From: Phallusia mammillata
Taxonomy: Eukaryota
Direction: 5' to 3'
NCBI GenBank assembly: GCA_965637545.1
Contig: OZ281497.1
Span: 17,608,001 to 17,672,000 of the forward strand
DNA length: 64,000 nt
This document shows positions 26,308 through 39,488 of the stretch, in pieces; position 1 is the first letter of the stretch, and each line of letters begins with the position of its first letter. A program made the position numbers and the translations under genes. Under the pieces are notes generated by a model, which was not told the DNA's origin, ran no database searches, and was given only the letters and a program-made list of their open reading frames with translations.

Positions 26308-29300
26308 ATGCCTGGTCGCTTGAAAGTTCGTGTTGTAGCTGGAAGACATCTTCCTGTAATGGACAGAGCATCTGATCTCACCGATGCATTTGTTGAGGTA
26401 GAGCTTTGCTTGTTTATGGTTAAATGCATACTTCATTCTGGTAAGAATGTTTCAATGTGCACCCAAACACATATATCCAGGCTGTTGTGTGCAGTCTTGT
26501 GGTACTGATATGAATTAAATTTATTACAATCAACAATCAAAAGGTTACTGAAAAACTGCATTATTTTTGCAGGTTAAATTTGGTTCAACTACATACAAAA
26601 CAGATGTTTATTCCAAATCATTAAATCCCCTGTGGAACTCACCCTGGTTTACATTTGAGGTAACAGTTTTTTGTTCTTACTCCGCCCAGTTTTTAAAGTT
26701 GCTTGTATTCTGTAGGTGGATGATGAACATTTGCAAGACGAACTGCTGCAAGTTCGTGTTTTGGACCATGACACGTATAGTGCCCATGATGCAATTGGTA
26801 AAGTTAGCATAGATATTGATCCTCTATTGGATCCAGAGTCAAGAAATGATTTATATGGTTGGTTTCCAATTTATGACACCATGCATGGTAAGAGTACAAA
26901 TACCACTTTAGTTACCTTCCCCAGAATTTACACATGAGTTTCTTTTCCTTTAAGGCATTCGTGGTGAAATCCTGTTAAAAGTTAAGCTTGAGCTTTTTGC
27001 TGACAGCAACCAGTTCCGACAATCATCATGTGGCTTTAAGTTCATCTGTGGTAAGAATTCTGAATAAATGCTCAAATGCATCAAGTTTATCATAATTTAT
27101 TGCTGTTGCTTTTAGCTACCAAAGTTCCTGATTGCTACACAATTACTGCTATTCATGGATTCGTTCATGAACTCCTTGTAAAAGAAGATCCTGAGTACAA
27201 GTGGATCGACAAGCTACGAACACCCAGAGCATCAAATGAAGCCAGACAGAGATTGTTTTCTAAAATGTCGGGTGAACTTCAGAGACATATTGGCAATAAG
27301 GTACAACAAACTGTGTGCAGTATAATATAAAACCATGAGCCTAGAGAATTACAAGTGGTATGTTATAAAACGCTGGATGACTTCAGAATTGTCATTGTCA
27401 TTCTGAAGGTACAATAAAGTATTAACCACAATGAATCTTTAAAATAGACAAATGATGCTTATTGAATTGTCTGTTAAAAGCAAATTAAAACATACATTGC
27501 CCTTAGACCTGTAGTGCCAAGTATTTTTGTTTTGATATAGGTGGAGAGTATTGGAGGCAATGCTGTAGTTGGTTTCCACCAGTCATTTGATATTGAAGGC
27601 GATTCGGGAATTGTGGTTCGAGGGATCGGTACAGCTGTCAGCATCGACGCCATCCCCCGCATGTCCCATCGAAACAGTAAAATGTTGGTATGCTTAATAA
27701 TGATGCAAACAAGCAGTTTTCGTCATTTTATTTGCTAACAGATCTCCGAAACTTTTTGACCAGCAAGACACTGCTTTTCAAATGCCAATCGAAGAGACCA
27801 GCTTTCCCGAAAGTGCCAATCTGGTATACATGGCCTTCAAACTTTAAGAGTGTTTTTGGTTGCTTTAATGGTGATATGACACGCTTTTATCTTCCAATGT
27901 TAATAGTTTGTTGTATAATATCTACTTGCATTAACATAGTTAATATATAAAAATAATACTTGATATCTATAGTTGTACACACATTTTATTTAGCTTCACC
28001 AGTCCTTGCACGAAGAAGCTTTTCACGAAACACGGGGTTACCTTTTTCACAGGCAATCGAATCTTCAAGGTCACTTAACAGGCGTGCTCAAGGTTTGTTT
28101 GTAGTTTCACTGCATTTTCGTCAACCCGGGCTTCATAACACTTTTAAATATGCAGGACTTTCCTTTCTATACACTGCGTTCGTTTCCCGTTAACTTCGTA
28201 ACGAGGATTGCGACCATGGTTACTTCGCACTCTGTAAAACTGCTGGAAAAAGTTTACAGCACAGGTTTGTATAGAGACGCAAATTCGTACAGTTCTCGAC
28301 CTTGATACAACATAATGTACTATACTATTTATGTAAGTTGTGTTGGAACTTGTCGGTAGTGATCAGATTACATTGGAAAAATGCATGGACGAAACTGATT
28401 TTACAGCCGAGTCGGAAACACGTAGTGGTTGGTGGAACGAACTTCGACAAGAGGTCAAAAGCAATTGTCATGCCCTCGGATGCAACAGCGTGATTGGATA
28501 CAAGGAGAGGACCACAATATGGTAACAATATGGCGTTTTGTCGCGTCGGTATTGGTAAGAAATAATGGCGCGTTGATGTGTTGTATTTTGCCAAATAACA
28601 ACAATAGTATGTAGGTTATGGTGCAGTGGTACACTATGCGCTCTTGTTGCAAAATATCATGAAAATCAAGCTCTAGTGGATCTTTTTTTAGCGATGAAGT
28701 TATCATCCTGAGCGCGCAAGGAAGTGCAGCGGTCATAGATTTGTCGTTTTTGGGCCAAGGCAGCAACTTTAATGGTAAGCATATGACCTACTAGCACGGA
28801 GTAAAGTATGTTTGGTTTGAAATTAATAATAATGTACTACTTCCCCTAACGTAAGCCTGTCACTTCTAATTTGCTTCTTAGCTATCAGCAGACAAAGTTC
28901 ACGTGATGCTCTAGCTCCACCATACGGTAGCGGAACGATTAAATCGGAGGCCAGGTACGGCTACAACTCAAAATTACAGTTTAACCCTAATACCAATAAC
29001 AGACAAGAATTAGGAGACACTTCTTTTGCAGCAGTACCAAACGCGAAACAAGCGAGGCCGACATCTTTCGAGTGCCCTTTCGCATGAATGAACAAACCTT
29101 TCCCATGAGCTTTCAGCCATCTCCCGTTAATCCTAATATTATGGTTCCCGACATTTTGTTTGCAGCCGTTGATGTTCCGGATGGAGTTCGAACTTGTGGC
29201 AAAGCAGCATTTATTCAAGCGAGGTTGGTAAATTACCTTGGCGCAAAAGTTAAAACCAAATTCGCAGTATTACGAATATACTTAATTTGGTAATTGGAAT

Positions 29301-31671
29301 TTTAGTGCATTTTTCTGTGTTAGGCCGTATAAATTCTTAAGCGTGGGCAAAAATATATTATTTCGCTTTGAAACTACAGTTTTGCTTGCAGGTATTGTAG
29401 AAGCAAGAAGAAGGGACAGGGAGATTCAAACGCAGTTAGTGTGAGCGAGATTCTTCCTTTTATTGAATACGAACTTCACAAGCAACTTTGCAAGAAGCTT
29501 AAAGTAGGCAAATTACGGATACATGCATGCTTAGTGTGAGGCTTATGCAAATTGGCAACACATTTTACTGGTAATAATAAAAAAAATTCAAAACGCAAAA
29601 CGCCTGTGCAAAAAGTGCTGATACTCTATCACGATTGGTTGCCAGTCGGTACTGCAGTTCACGCCCTGTTTTCACTCAGCTGCGCTGCATGAATGCTGTA
29701 TTCGGCTTAGAGAGCAACATCACTATGGGTGAAAACCTAATTGTTGGGGTGGCAACAGGCACTGCAGTTTATGTGGAAGCACTTCCTGCACCTAGCACTT
29801 TAACTGGTGAGTTATGTTGTATGTTACTGCTGTCACACGCCTTTAAGGACACAAATGAAAACGTGATGTTACAGAAAACTTTCCCAACAAACCAACCAGT
29901 TCGGCAAAGTCCTCAGCTGACCAGCAGTATGCTGATTTCATCAACAGCTGCAAGGAAACGTACGAAATATTTCCCAAGGTGGGATGGTTGTTTTTAGTGT
30001 TTTGTTTCAGCACATGCAGGTATATTTACATGTAGCAGATTGACGCAAACAAACAAAGCATAATTTCTTCTCCTACACATTCTACGTCCAGTCTAGATCT
30101 CTCTCTGGATGGTCGACAGTCGTTAGCAATCGGGGTAAGGTTTTAATGGCACCAAATTAATTCCACTCAATAACGCTGCTTTGTAATCGCCGTTTTAAGG
30201 TGGAAGATGCGGATGATGAAGCTGAGTTGCTTTCCTACCTTAGTGACGATCTACCACCTTCTGGATGTTATTTAAGTACTCTGGATTATTGTCCTGGAGT
30301 AAGGAACTGTCAACACCTACTCCAAGTAAAGTGTGAAAGTTTATCATCGATGTAAACTAAAACAAGAAACCCCCCAGTCATTTTATTGAACTACCGTATT
30401 TTACGGACCATAAGGCGCAACTTAAATCCTTTTTTTTCCTCATAAATTGATCGTGCGCCTTATAAGCCGGTGCGCCTAATGTATGGACCAAGTAGTGCTT
30501 TATTGCTTTGTTTAATGAGCTTTATACGGTAACCCATACTCCTTAAAATACGTTGCGTTCTATATGCGTTCCGGTGCGCCTTATGTATGAACAAAAAACT
30601 AATCAAAGCAATTTATTGACAGTGCGCCTTATAATCGGGTGCGCTTTATGGTCCGTAAAATACAGTAAATTATTTGTCAGAGTTTTTCATTGCTGAGGAG
30701 AGTTCGTTACCGTGACGACGCCGATGATGTTTCACTTAACGCGGGTTTGCGAACAGCCTGTGAGGAGGCGTTGGCGGGGGTGTGGTTTCGGCTTAGGATG
30801 AAGATGGAAACCTTCCACATTTGCTCTCTCCGCTTTCATATCGTGATACCGGACGATGACGAATTACAGGTAAAAATAACTATATGTCCATACCAATATT
30901 TGGATTATGTATATTGGTTGAACCAATGAGTTATCAGCAACTCAACAACTCTGCTCTGTATAGATATGGATGATTGGAGCTGCGGTATCACATGATCCGG
31001 CCGACCCCCAGCATTTACAGCAACGTAAACGCTCTAAAGAGTCTTCGGTCAGTTCATCGGCACCACTTTCTTCATCTAGACAACGCTTAAGCTCGTCAAA
31101 CGACGAACCCTTTCTCAGGCAGTCCTCCCGTTCCAACGACCCAAAACCTCTCGACTCGCCGTTGCTCCGCTTAGCCAGAACCGCATCACGGAGGTTCATG
31201 CGCTCCAGCTCGGTCGGTGGTCGATTCCGGCACGAATCCGGTTTAGGCCGGACGCGCCATAACAGCGAAGGCGGGGCGCCATGGAGCTTGCCAGAGACCT
31301 TGCTTGAAGACGTCACCACATCGTCAGAGCCTGTCAACGTTGTACCGATGACGTGCGTGCCTGGACACCGCGTCGTTAAGCATGTGGGTATTTTGAACAT
31401 GTTTATTATCAGAGAAACAACGTCAGTGCGCGGCTCGGATGAAGAGGTAGTTATCGCTGAACCACCGAACGGCACCGGATGCTGTTGGTTTGTGACGCGC
31501 GCTCTAGCGGAAACAAACGCTTTAATACGCGCCCACGTGGTGGCAGTAGGAGGTAACGCCTTAACATCTTACCATTCGTCGCAAAGAATCCTGTTTGAAA
31601 GTTTGACCAAGAACGAAGCTCAGACCCTTTTTCACGTTACTGGTGACGTTGTGATTGTACGAAGAACGTGA
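26308..31671 (+). CDS. C2CD5: C2 domain-containing protein 5 (C2CD5/KIAA0528/CDP138 orthologue)
   Basis: 19 phase-consistent exons: 26308-26397, 26573-26659, 26716-26887, 26955-27050, 27116-27300, 27541-27683, 27742-27823, 27994-28092, 28156-28264, 28407-28521, 28692-28774, 28882-28954, 29035-29223, 29392-29503, 29680-29806, 29875-29978, 30200-30325, 30681-30869, 30964-31671. N-terminus MPGRLKVRVVAGRHLPVMDRASDLTDAFVEVKFG..SLNPLWNS, plus DPEYKWIDKLRTPRASNEARQRLF, ETRSGWWNELRQEVK and LPFIEYELHKQL. Exon 6-8 boundaries are less certain. Confidence 0.93.
30394..30665. mobile_element. Tc1/mariner-superfamily (Tc2/Kanga-like) MITE in a C2CD5 intron
   Basis: TIRs CCGTATTTTACGGACCATAAGGCGCA and TGCGCTTTATGGTCCGTAAAATACAG, flanked by a TA duplication (30392-30393, 30666-30667). 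Internal repeats of GTGCGCCTTA. Confidence 0.88.
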
Positions 31672-33305
31672 TGTCACAATCGATAGTAATGAGAAATGAG
31701 AGATTTGCCCACAACTTACATTGCCAGTATAGGTGATCTACTATTATTTCACCGCAATCTCACGCCTTCGCGGGTTGTGATATATAATTACCTGGTTGCC
31801 AATTAAGATTCACGTCGCCGTTTGCCTACAGTTGTATACCACACACGCTCACTGTGAAACTTTGTTCTTACTTCTCTGCCTCATTTATTCCCTTGTTCAA
31901 CCTCCAGTCTCGAACTTGAGTTCAATTATATTTAAATCATTCCTTGGAAAATACATACCATTTCTCTAGCTTTTTGAATTTGAGCGTGTATGGCTTTGAT
32001 ATCACCTACCAATTAGCTATTGGCGCGAGTGATTTAACAATGCCCTGGTATGCCCCAAGTGTAATTATCAAAATTCACTTTCGGGGTGAGGTGCGATTTC
32101 AGTCTTTTTAAGTGTTATGTCTCAGGTGCGTTTTTGCACCCTTAAAAGTAATTGATCGTCTTTTCACGTGGTTTGAAAAAAAAAAAAAAAAACTTATTTT
32201 GGTAAACTAAATAAAGAAATTATTATTTTTCCAGCATCAAGTTGGATAAAAAACAAATACTGAAGCAATAATAACCTATTGACATTTGCAGTCCATTTTT
32301 ACATGTATGCAAATATAGTTAGATAAAAAGAATCGAGACAGGATGATTTTTTTTACAAAAACACGAGAGTTACCATTAAGACTACGAAGGTCTACACAAA
32401 AGCAACACAGGCAAGTCCGAAAATCTGTTTTTTCCTCTGCATAGTTGCCAACTCTTCTGACCCACATAGAAACAACACAAGAATCCAAACTAAAAATACT
32501 TTCGTGGACAGCAGGGAACGTAACAAAACAAACCCAGGCCGAAAACTAATCCTTCGTCATTACCGCCAGTATATGGGCCCAGGCCATCGCTCACTAGGGC
32601 ATCATTTACCGGGGTAAACGCATAAGCCTGTGTAAACTCGGCCGCGGAACAAACGGACTTACCCGCTTGTGTTATACAGTAGCTCCCCGTTAACGAGCTT
32701 CGCCTTAACACTTGAGTGAATTTGACCGTCGATGAGCGATTGGTAACGCGACACCCTGACCGTTGGGTTTACTGCCTTGACCATAGCACTCAGGTTAGGT
32801 TTTAATCGACTCAGGAAACTGCCCAAGACGCGCTGACTGTGTTGGTCCCACTGTTTGGTGGCAATTTAGGAAAACACTCAACAACATAAAAGATGAAACA
32901 CGAAGCTGGCTAAACGATACCCATGACTAACTTTACACTTTAACGTTACATGAGTTACACTTTTAAATATGGCTTTGCCAAAATGTACTTTTTCGTCTAA
33001 ATTCTATGTTTTGTTTGTATTTGACAAACCTGCGTATTTTTGACATTTTGCTTTGTACGTCTGAGACTCTTGAGTATTTTCAAACGCTGTCCCATTCATA
33101 CAAAATCTAAACTAATGAAGTGTTTGCAATGTAATAATACTTTCCCTTTTAATGTAAACATTAGTTCGCAGCAAATAGGCATCAAACTGTTTGTTATATC
33201 AACGTAAAATATTTGACACATTTATAATTTTATTACTATTTATGTTTCGACATGTCAAAATCAGTATTGTGGTTTTTAGGAAAAAACAATGTTGGGTAAC
33301 TCGAT

Positions 33306-33485
33306 CAGGGGTGCGTGTTCTCTTCGGGGGGTTGTTTAGGTGTGATTGTAAAATAGTGAAGTTTCATTATGGTATGAATGTGAATGTGGTAAAAATATTG
33401 CGAAAGACTTTGGTGCTAAAGCACGCATTGAAATAAATAAAAAATTTGAAAGGGAATATGGGCAAAAAAAGGTTAAGAACCGCTG
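33306..33485. mobile_element. Probable hAT MITE remnant (right end)
   Basis: Ends AAAAAAAGGTTAAGAACCGCTG, resembling the right termini of the other hAT MITEs here. Left end and TSD not identified. Confidence 0.35.
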
Positions 33486-36400
33486 CCACCGTAGATCCAA
33501 AAGGTGCCAAAGCAGAAGTCAAGTCAAGTTAAAAGAGTGCCGAAAGACCTGAGACCGATAGTAAGTTTCCGGTCCCCGACAAAACAAATCATTACTAAGT
33601 GCATTTTGCAACACTACACCAAACAAGGCCAAGGGGCCAAATAGAGATTTCGACAAGATATACTTGTTCTTTTTTGCCTGATTTCTGTCAAAACGGAGAC
33701 TAAGACATGGGAGAAGGGCCAAAAAATACTTCAACCATGCGTCAACCCGTTACCTTAACGCCCCAAATTCTGTATTTTAATATTTTTGCCAGTGGGCCAT
33801 CTGACAAATTCAATCACAAAATAGTTGTTTGTTTAGGCCACAACTCAAGTGAAGAAGGAGAATGTAACTCCGGTATGTTTGTCTTTGAACTACTCCACGC
33901 CCAATAATGATCGGTAATAATCCACAAAAACGACGTATGTTTTAAATAAGTTTTGGGAATTATTGAAATAAGTGGGTTAGGTCAATGGAGCCAAACTTAG
34001 AAAACGCATTTTAATTTTGGGAATACAATACAAAGACTTAAAAAGTAGTTTGTTTAAAAGCAGAACTGCCAAAGAACTTGTATTTAATTTCTGTCCTTAT
34101 GCATTAGCATTATTTAATTCTGGCGTTATTTTAATTTTGGCACACATTCAAAGCAACAACTTAGTTTTCTATAAAAATTGACTAGGACAACGGATTCAAA
34201 TACATGTCCGCTTTAACCTTTGAGCAAGCATACGCCTCAGAAGTGGGTTAAGGTGCCAAACTACTTAAGGTATTAGTGCACGCGTAAGGTGCCATCGTGC
34301 CACTTCACAGTGGTCAGTTACAGCTTAAAGGCTGCAATACTCACTTCCAGAGCAACTGATGCTACTTGAACCACTAGAAAGGCCACCGTTCCAGGTCGAC
34401 AATCTAAAAATCTACCCGTGACACCCCTATCTCACAGTACATGAGGTTTGGGCGCGGCCGTCGGGTCTTTTTCGGTGGTTTACTTTTCTGAGTGTTACCA
34501 CTTGAAGTGCGATGAGCCCACGCTAAACATATTGCTGGGCTTATTTGGGACCTTTCCGTTAGTGCCCCCAGGGAGGTTAACGTGTGGTTGATTGACATGT
34601 TGCCTGAAACGGGTTTCGTCCGAAATGAGGGAACATTTAACACAAGTTTCCCCGAATATATTAAAAAATGGAATTTCAAATTTATGCTGTTTTCTATTTT
34701 TTTTAATTCTATTTTTGTCACACAATTTAAGCAATTGAATCATGAAAATAAGCTTTGGTACTGAGTAGAGTTTTGGACAATTTTTAGTCCTACGCAAATA
34801 GTTACAACTTGCTTTGGTTTTTCTGTTCACAATTTCTGTTCACAATTGATCTTGGTTAAAACAACTATATCAAGGTGGGTTTAAATTTTGACTAAATTTA
34901 CCCTGGATCTACAAAGGTTTGTAAAAAAGAGATGCAGTATTTGGTGAATGAAGTCACGGGTTTCATGAGTTCGCAAGCGACCATGCTTAGAAACAACAGT
35001 TGAGCGATAACAATCGGCATCAAAGCAGGGTTTAACACAGGTCTTACAGCGCTTGGTGGGATTGACAAAAGCAAATTCCTCGTGTCAATTTGTGCGGTTG
35101 CTTTGCCACTGTATATCTCTACACTGCGCTACTGGCGCCTTTAAAAGTCAAGACTTACAGAAGCAGACCAGGCTGATAAAACTGTTAATTAGTATGCTGG
35201 TCGCACAAAAAGGCGGGTGCTTGGGTGTTTTATTTTAGGAATGGCAAATTTCAACAGGACTGGGAGTGCTGGTGCAAGAAGCAACCGCGTCTGGAGCTTG
35301 TTGGCAGACAGAAGTACAAACACGGTCATTTGATTGTCGGTGCGGGCAATCGTTTAAGCCCCATTAGCGTTCCTACGCAAACAGGCCGATATATTACCGC
35401 GTGATTAGCGGGCGCTGTTGTTTTTACTGCGGCTGCGGTGCGGCGTGGGCAACGAAATCGAGTCGTTGCGCCATCCCGCACAAGATAGCACCAAAATGGG
35501 CGCGCATAGCATTCCTTTACACCCAAGGCTCATGAGCGTCGAAGAAACAACGCAGTACAGTGTGCAAGCCTTGGTCTGTTGTGCACTCAAGAAATCTTTC
35601 GTAGAACATGACGCGACTGCCCGCAATACCAGGCGGTCGTAATTCTAAGATCGCCGCAAAAGTCGACGACCACCCACTCGCCTGTCCGTCACTGTCCACC
35701 GCCAGTTCACGCGGGACGGCTATTCATGCGACCTGACGCTTGGATCGCAAATGTGGCCTATACCACTGTTGGATTACAAGTAGTTGACAGCGGTTGATCC
35801 ATCAACGGGCCATCGATCATCCGTCAAAGCGACAGGGTCAAGACCCTTCAGGTCACGTGGATGAACGCTTAGGTCACGTGACACGCAATTAGTATCACAC
35901 GCACGTCGTATTGATGTTTTCACGCAGCTACACTTAAGCCTACCTTTTAAAACAGGAAATAGGGATTTGTTCGTTTGTTCAATATGTCATTAACGAGGTC
36001 GTTGATTTAACAGCGAAAAACAGTTGTTGAGTACTGGCGTTGCCTTACAATATGAAGCCTTTTTTGCAGTGCTTCATAAAAGCCGAACGAGTTGTATCGG
36101 AACGAAATAAACATTTTTTCATCAGCGAACCCCGGAAGGCGAAAATAGCGGAGGAATTCCTGGTCGCTTTGAACTTGGGCATTCAACAGAGCAGCACAAA
36201 CAGCGTCGCAATTAGAGGCAATTAAAAGCTGCGCCCGGTTCGGGGCGGCCAGGACGCGTGCACAATCCGCTTTGCCGGGAAACATCACGAAGAGACTCGC
36301 GCCTGCGTGGGACGAGGTGATGCGAGCCACAAGTGGGCGCGTTCGCTAATTACACGGCTCCGGGTCCGCTGCCGAAGAAGAGCTGGCGCCGACCCGATGC

Positions 36401-39400
36401 CACTCAGCGCTATTAATTAGCGTCAATTACACGTTTGGCATTTTTCCATTGAGTCGCTCGCGCGGGCCCCGGTAATTGAGATAGCGAGCCCCGCAATCTA
36501 CGTCACTTTCTGACGGACACAAAAGCACCGCTGTGAGTGTGGATGAAGCCGGAAGCGTTATAGGTTTCCAGCAAAGGGGTTTTCCAGTCCCTTGCCTAAT
36601 ATTTTACTCTGCTGGTATAGGAGACATATATCCCCGAGCGGTCTAATTTGAATATTTACGCCCCGTTACAATAATTATGCGTATTTTGCTGAACTGTGCA
36701 TTGGCAGTTTTGAAAATAAGCCGATATAATTAAACTTGCTCGTGACGGCTCAAGATTAAGGCTTTTGTGGACGATCCGGATTGAATATCGCCACTCCTTG
36801 TGGATTTCTAAATGTGGTACGAGTGAATATTGCATTTTCACATCATCAAACCCGCAGCAGATAAAGGTGTGCAATTAATGCAAATCGTCAAATATACTTT
36901 TTGGTTTTCTCGCACCGGATTAACGAGTAAATTACTCAATGGTGGATACACGATCTCGGTTAAAATGACATCGGTTTTGTTTCAAAGAGACGTTGCAACA
37001 TGATAATATTTCTTTTGTATCAATTTGGCGTGTTGTTTTTAATTAAAACGTTCTAATTTCAAAATCGAAACAGACCCCTCTTCATATATACCCTTGCTCT
37101 TTAGTCTTTACAATATGAGAGCTTAATCTATTGTGTGACAACCAGGAGTTGTCAACCATCCCGCGAGCATCAAGTCATGTTACAGCGGCGGAGACTTGTC
37201 GGCGAGAGAGCGAGTTTTCTCACGGCCAGGGGCCAGAAGAAGCGTGGCGACAACCAAACGTTATCTTAAGGCTTTTGTTGGGTGAGCTATCGCATTCCGG
37301 GGGTCGAATAATTCCTGTCCACTCGCCCGTTGCCCGACAACTGTCCCCTCCAGTCTGGCTGGCGCTGTAACGATATACGGCCTAATCATTGTCGCTGCAT
37401 ACCCCATAGTAAAAACACTGGAGCGGATATTCAGGATTCGGAATTAGGATTTTTATGTTTAAACCCACAACAAAATTTCTCAAAGTAATGTTTCGACAAA
37501 CCATGTTTTTAACAATATTTTAATGTTAGCCTTGATTACGTTTCTATAGAACTTGAACATTACTATAAAATTTATTACTGCTTGGGCTTTTTTAAAAGAA
37601 CCGGTGTAAATAAAGCGATTGTTGTCAGTACAACACACACATTCTACCGCAATATCAAAAAGAAGGCAACTGTATTCGATATTCATTCAGAAAAGTACTT
37701 GACCGAGCCATCGCCAATGCGAAAAAAAACTACAAGCCGGTCACAGTCAACGCCAAGAGAAGTAGCCTATACATTTCGTTACTACCAAGTAGGTTCGTAT
37801 TGATTTGTCGGTTGTTGGTCTCGAATACCCCGTTAACGCTGGGGCTGTCACATGAGTCGGGACGGATGAGCCACAGGGCACTTGACCCAGGGCGACGAGC
37901 GCCTCCGATTTTAAGGGCTTTCACGCGATGCGATGCAAGGCAAATCGCAAGAAAGAAAACAATGAAGTTTTAATGTCGTTGGGTGACGTCGGGGATAGGT
38001 AACACTAGTCGGCGATAAGTTTCGAAACCAACCACTGACTCGGATGTGATTTCAATGTTGTTTTGTAGATACTAAAAAAGTTTTGGTAAGTGTAGTTTTT
38101 GGTGTAGTTTGAATACTTTAGGCCAGGGTTTTATTGGAACCTGGTATCTAATACTTCAGTTCAACAATGTAAACACGATTTCGGATGTCAGCAATCCCTG
38201 GCTTACACTTTACGAAATCCCATTCAATCTAAACAAACAAAACCTGCACTCGTTGCCGTTTTTTAACGTGTTGTAAGGGACTTGGCACATTTTTAGCTGC
38301 CCGATTTGTAGTAGTTACAGGACGCTGGTTGCAAGTTGTTTGTCGTGTTATTTAGAGGCCCACTTTGTAAGAGTGGGACAAGACTTGGGCAGCAACAGCA
38401 CGATAGAGCAAATCCTAACAGCGAAAGCGAATGGCGTCGCGCGGACTGGGAGGGGTGCGATAAACTGAACGAATTCCTTTGTCACTGTGCGATCGCAGGG
38501 TGGGTGGGTGGCTTCCCTGTACAATTTGACATCAATTAATAACGCAAAAATAAATGCGTGAATGGGGACCATGGAAGTCGTATCGCGTTAATGCGTTGGC
38601 GTTTCAGACCACCGCCACGGCTGATAATCGTACAATGGCGGTTGGAAGAAGAACAATGGATTTGCATCTCGCTCTTGTCAATCACGCAGCTTTCGTATTT
38701 CGGGCTTCGTAACGCGGCAATTAGCTCGTGTTTACAAGAGCACTGAACAAGATTCCTAAACGCTTCTTGCGTAAGCTTCGCCAGAAACTATGCTGTCGCT
38801 TTGTGGTTTTTGATCCTGACAATGAATTGCTTTACGCTATACTCTGACGCAACACAGCTTTTGGAATGTCTTTGAAAATACGAATTTATTTATTAAAACT
38901 TCTGCACATGATCAGCAGCGGGACGCTATTCAGTTTGCGAAATTGCACGGACCAAGGCACGAAACAACAAACAGGTTTTAGTGTGTTAGTGCAAGACAGA
39001 AACACGAAAAAAGCGGCAAAAAAGGTTGTCAAATTTTACGCAAAAACAAATCCAGTACCACATTTGAAAATTAATATGGGTTAAATCGGTTCTCTGAATG
39101 TTCAAATAGAGGTAGTGACTTCTGACCATTTTTAGTGTCCACTGCCTTAACAAAGTGCGGGTGAGCAGCTATAGCTTCCACTTAAGCAATATGAATAGTA
39201 CGAATATAATCTTAAAACAAGTAGAAACGATATCTAGCATGCATACGCCAGAACAGTGACAACAAAAATGGCAGTTTGTAATATCAAGCAAAAGGACTCC
39301 ATATTTGGCGTCATCACAATGTGAGACAGATCGTACCAATGTTAATTCTGATTGCCAATGTGTAATGGAACATATTTATTGCACGACGCCGATCTTGCAG

Positions 39401-39488
39401 CAATCGAGAGAAGGCCATTATTGGGGTGAACCTGCGCATTGTTCGATTTTGAGTGACTCAATATAAACGGGAAAACACTGGGGAGGAT

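Noticed and set aside
32276-39084. Numerous 60-110 aa ORFs downstream of NK4 (and similar ones at 40500-45500 and 47000-57800)
   Set aside because: Mostly non-ATG starts, no motifs and no phase-consistent splice chains; interpreted as non-coding regulatory DNA.
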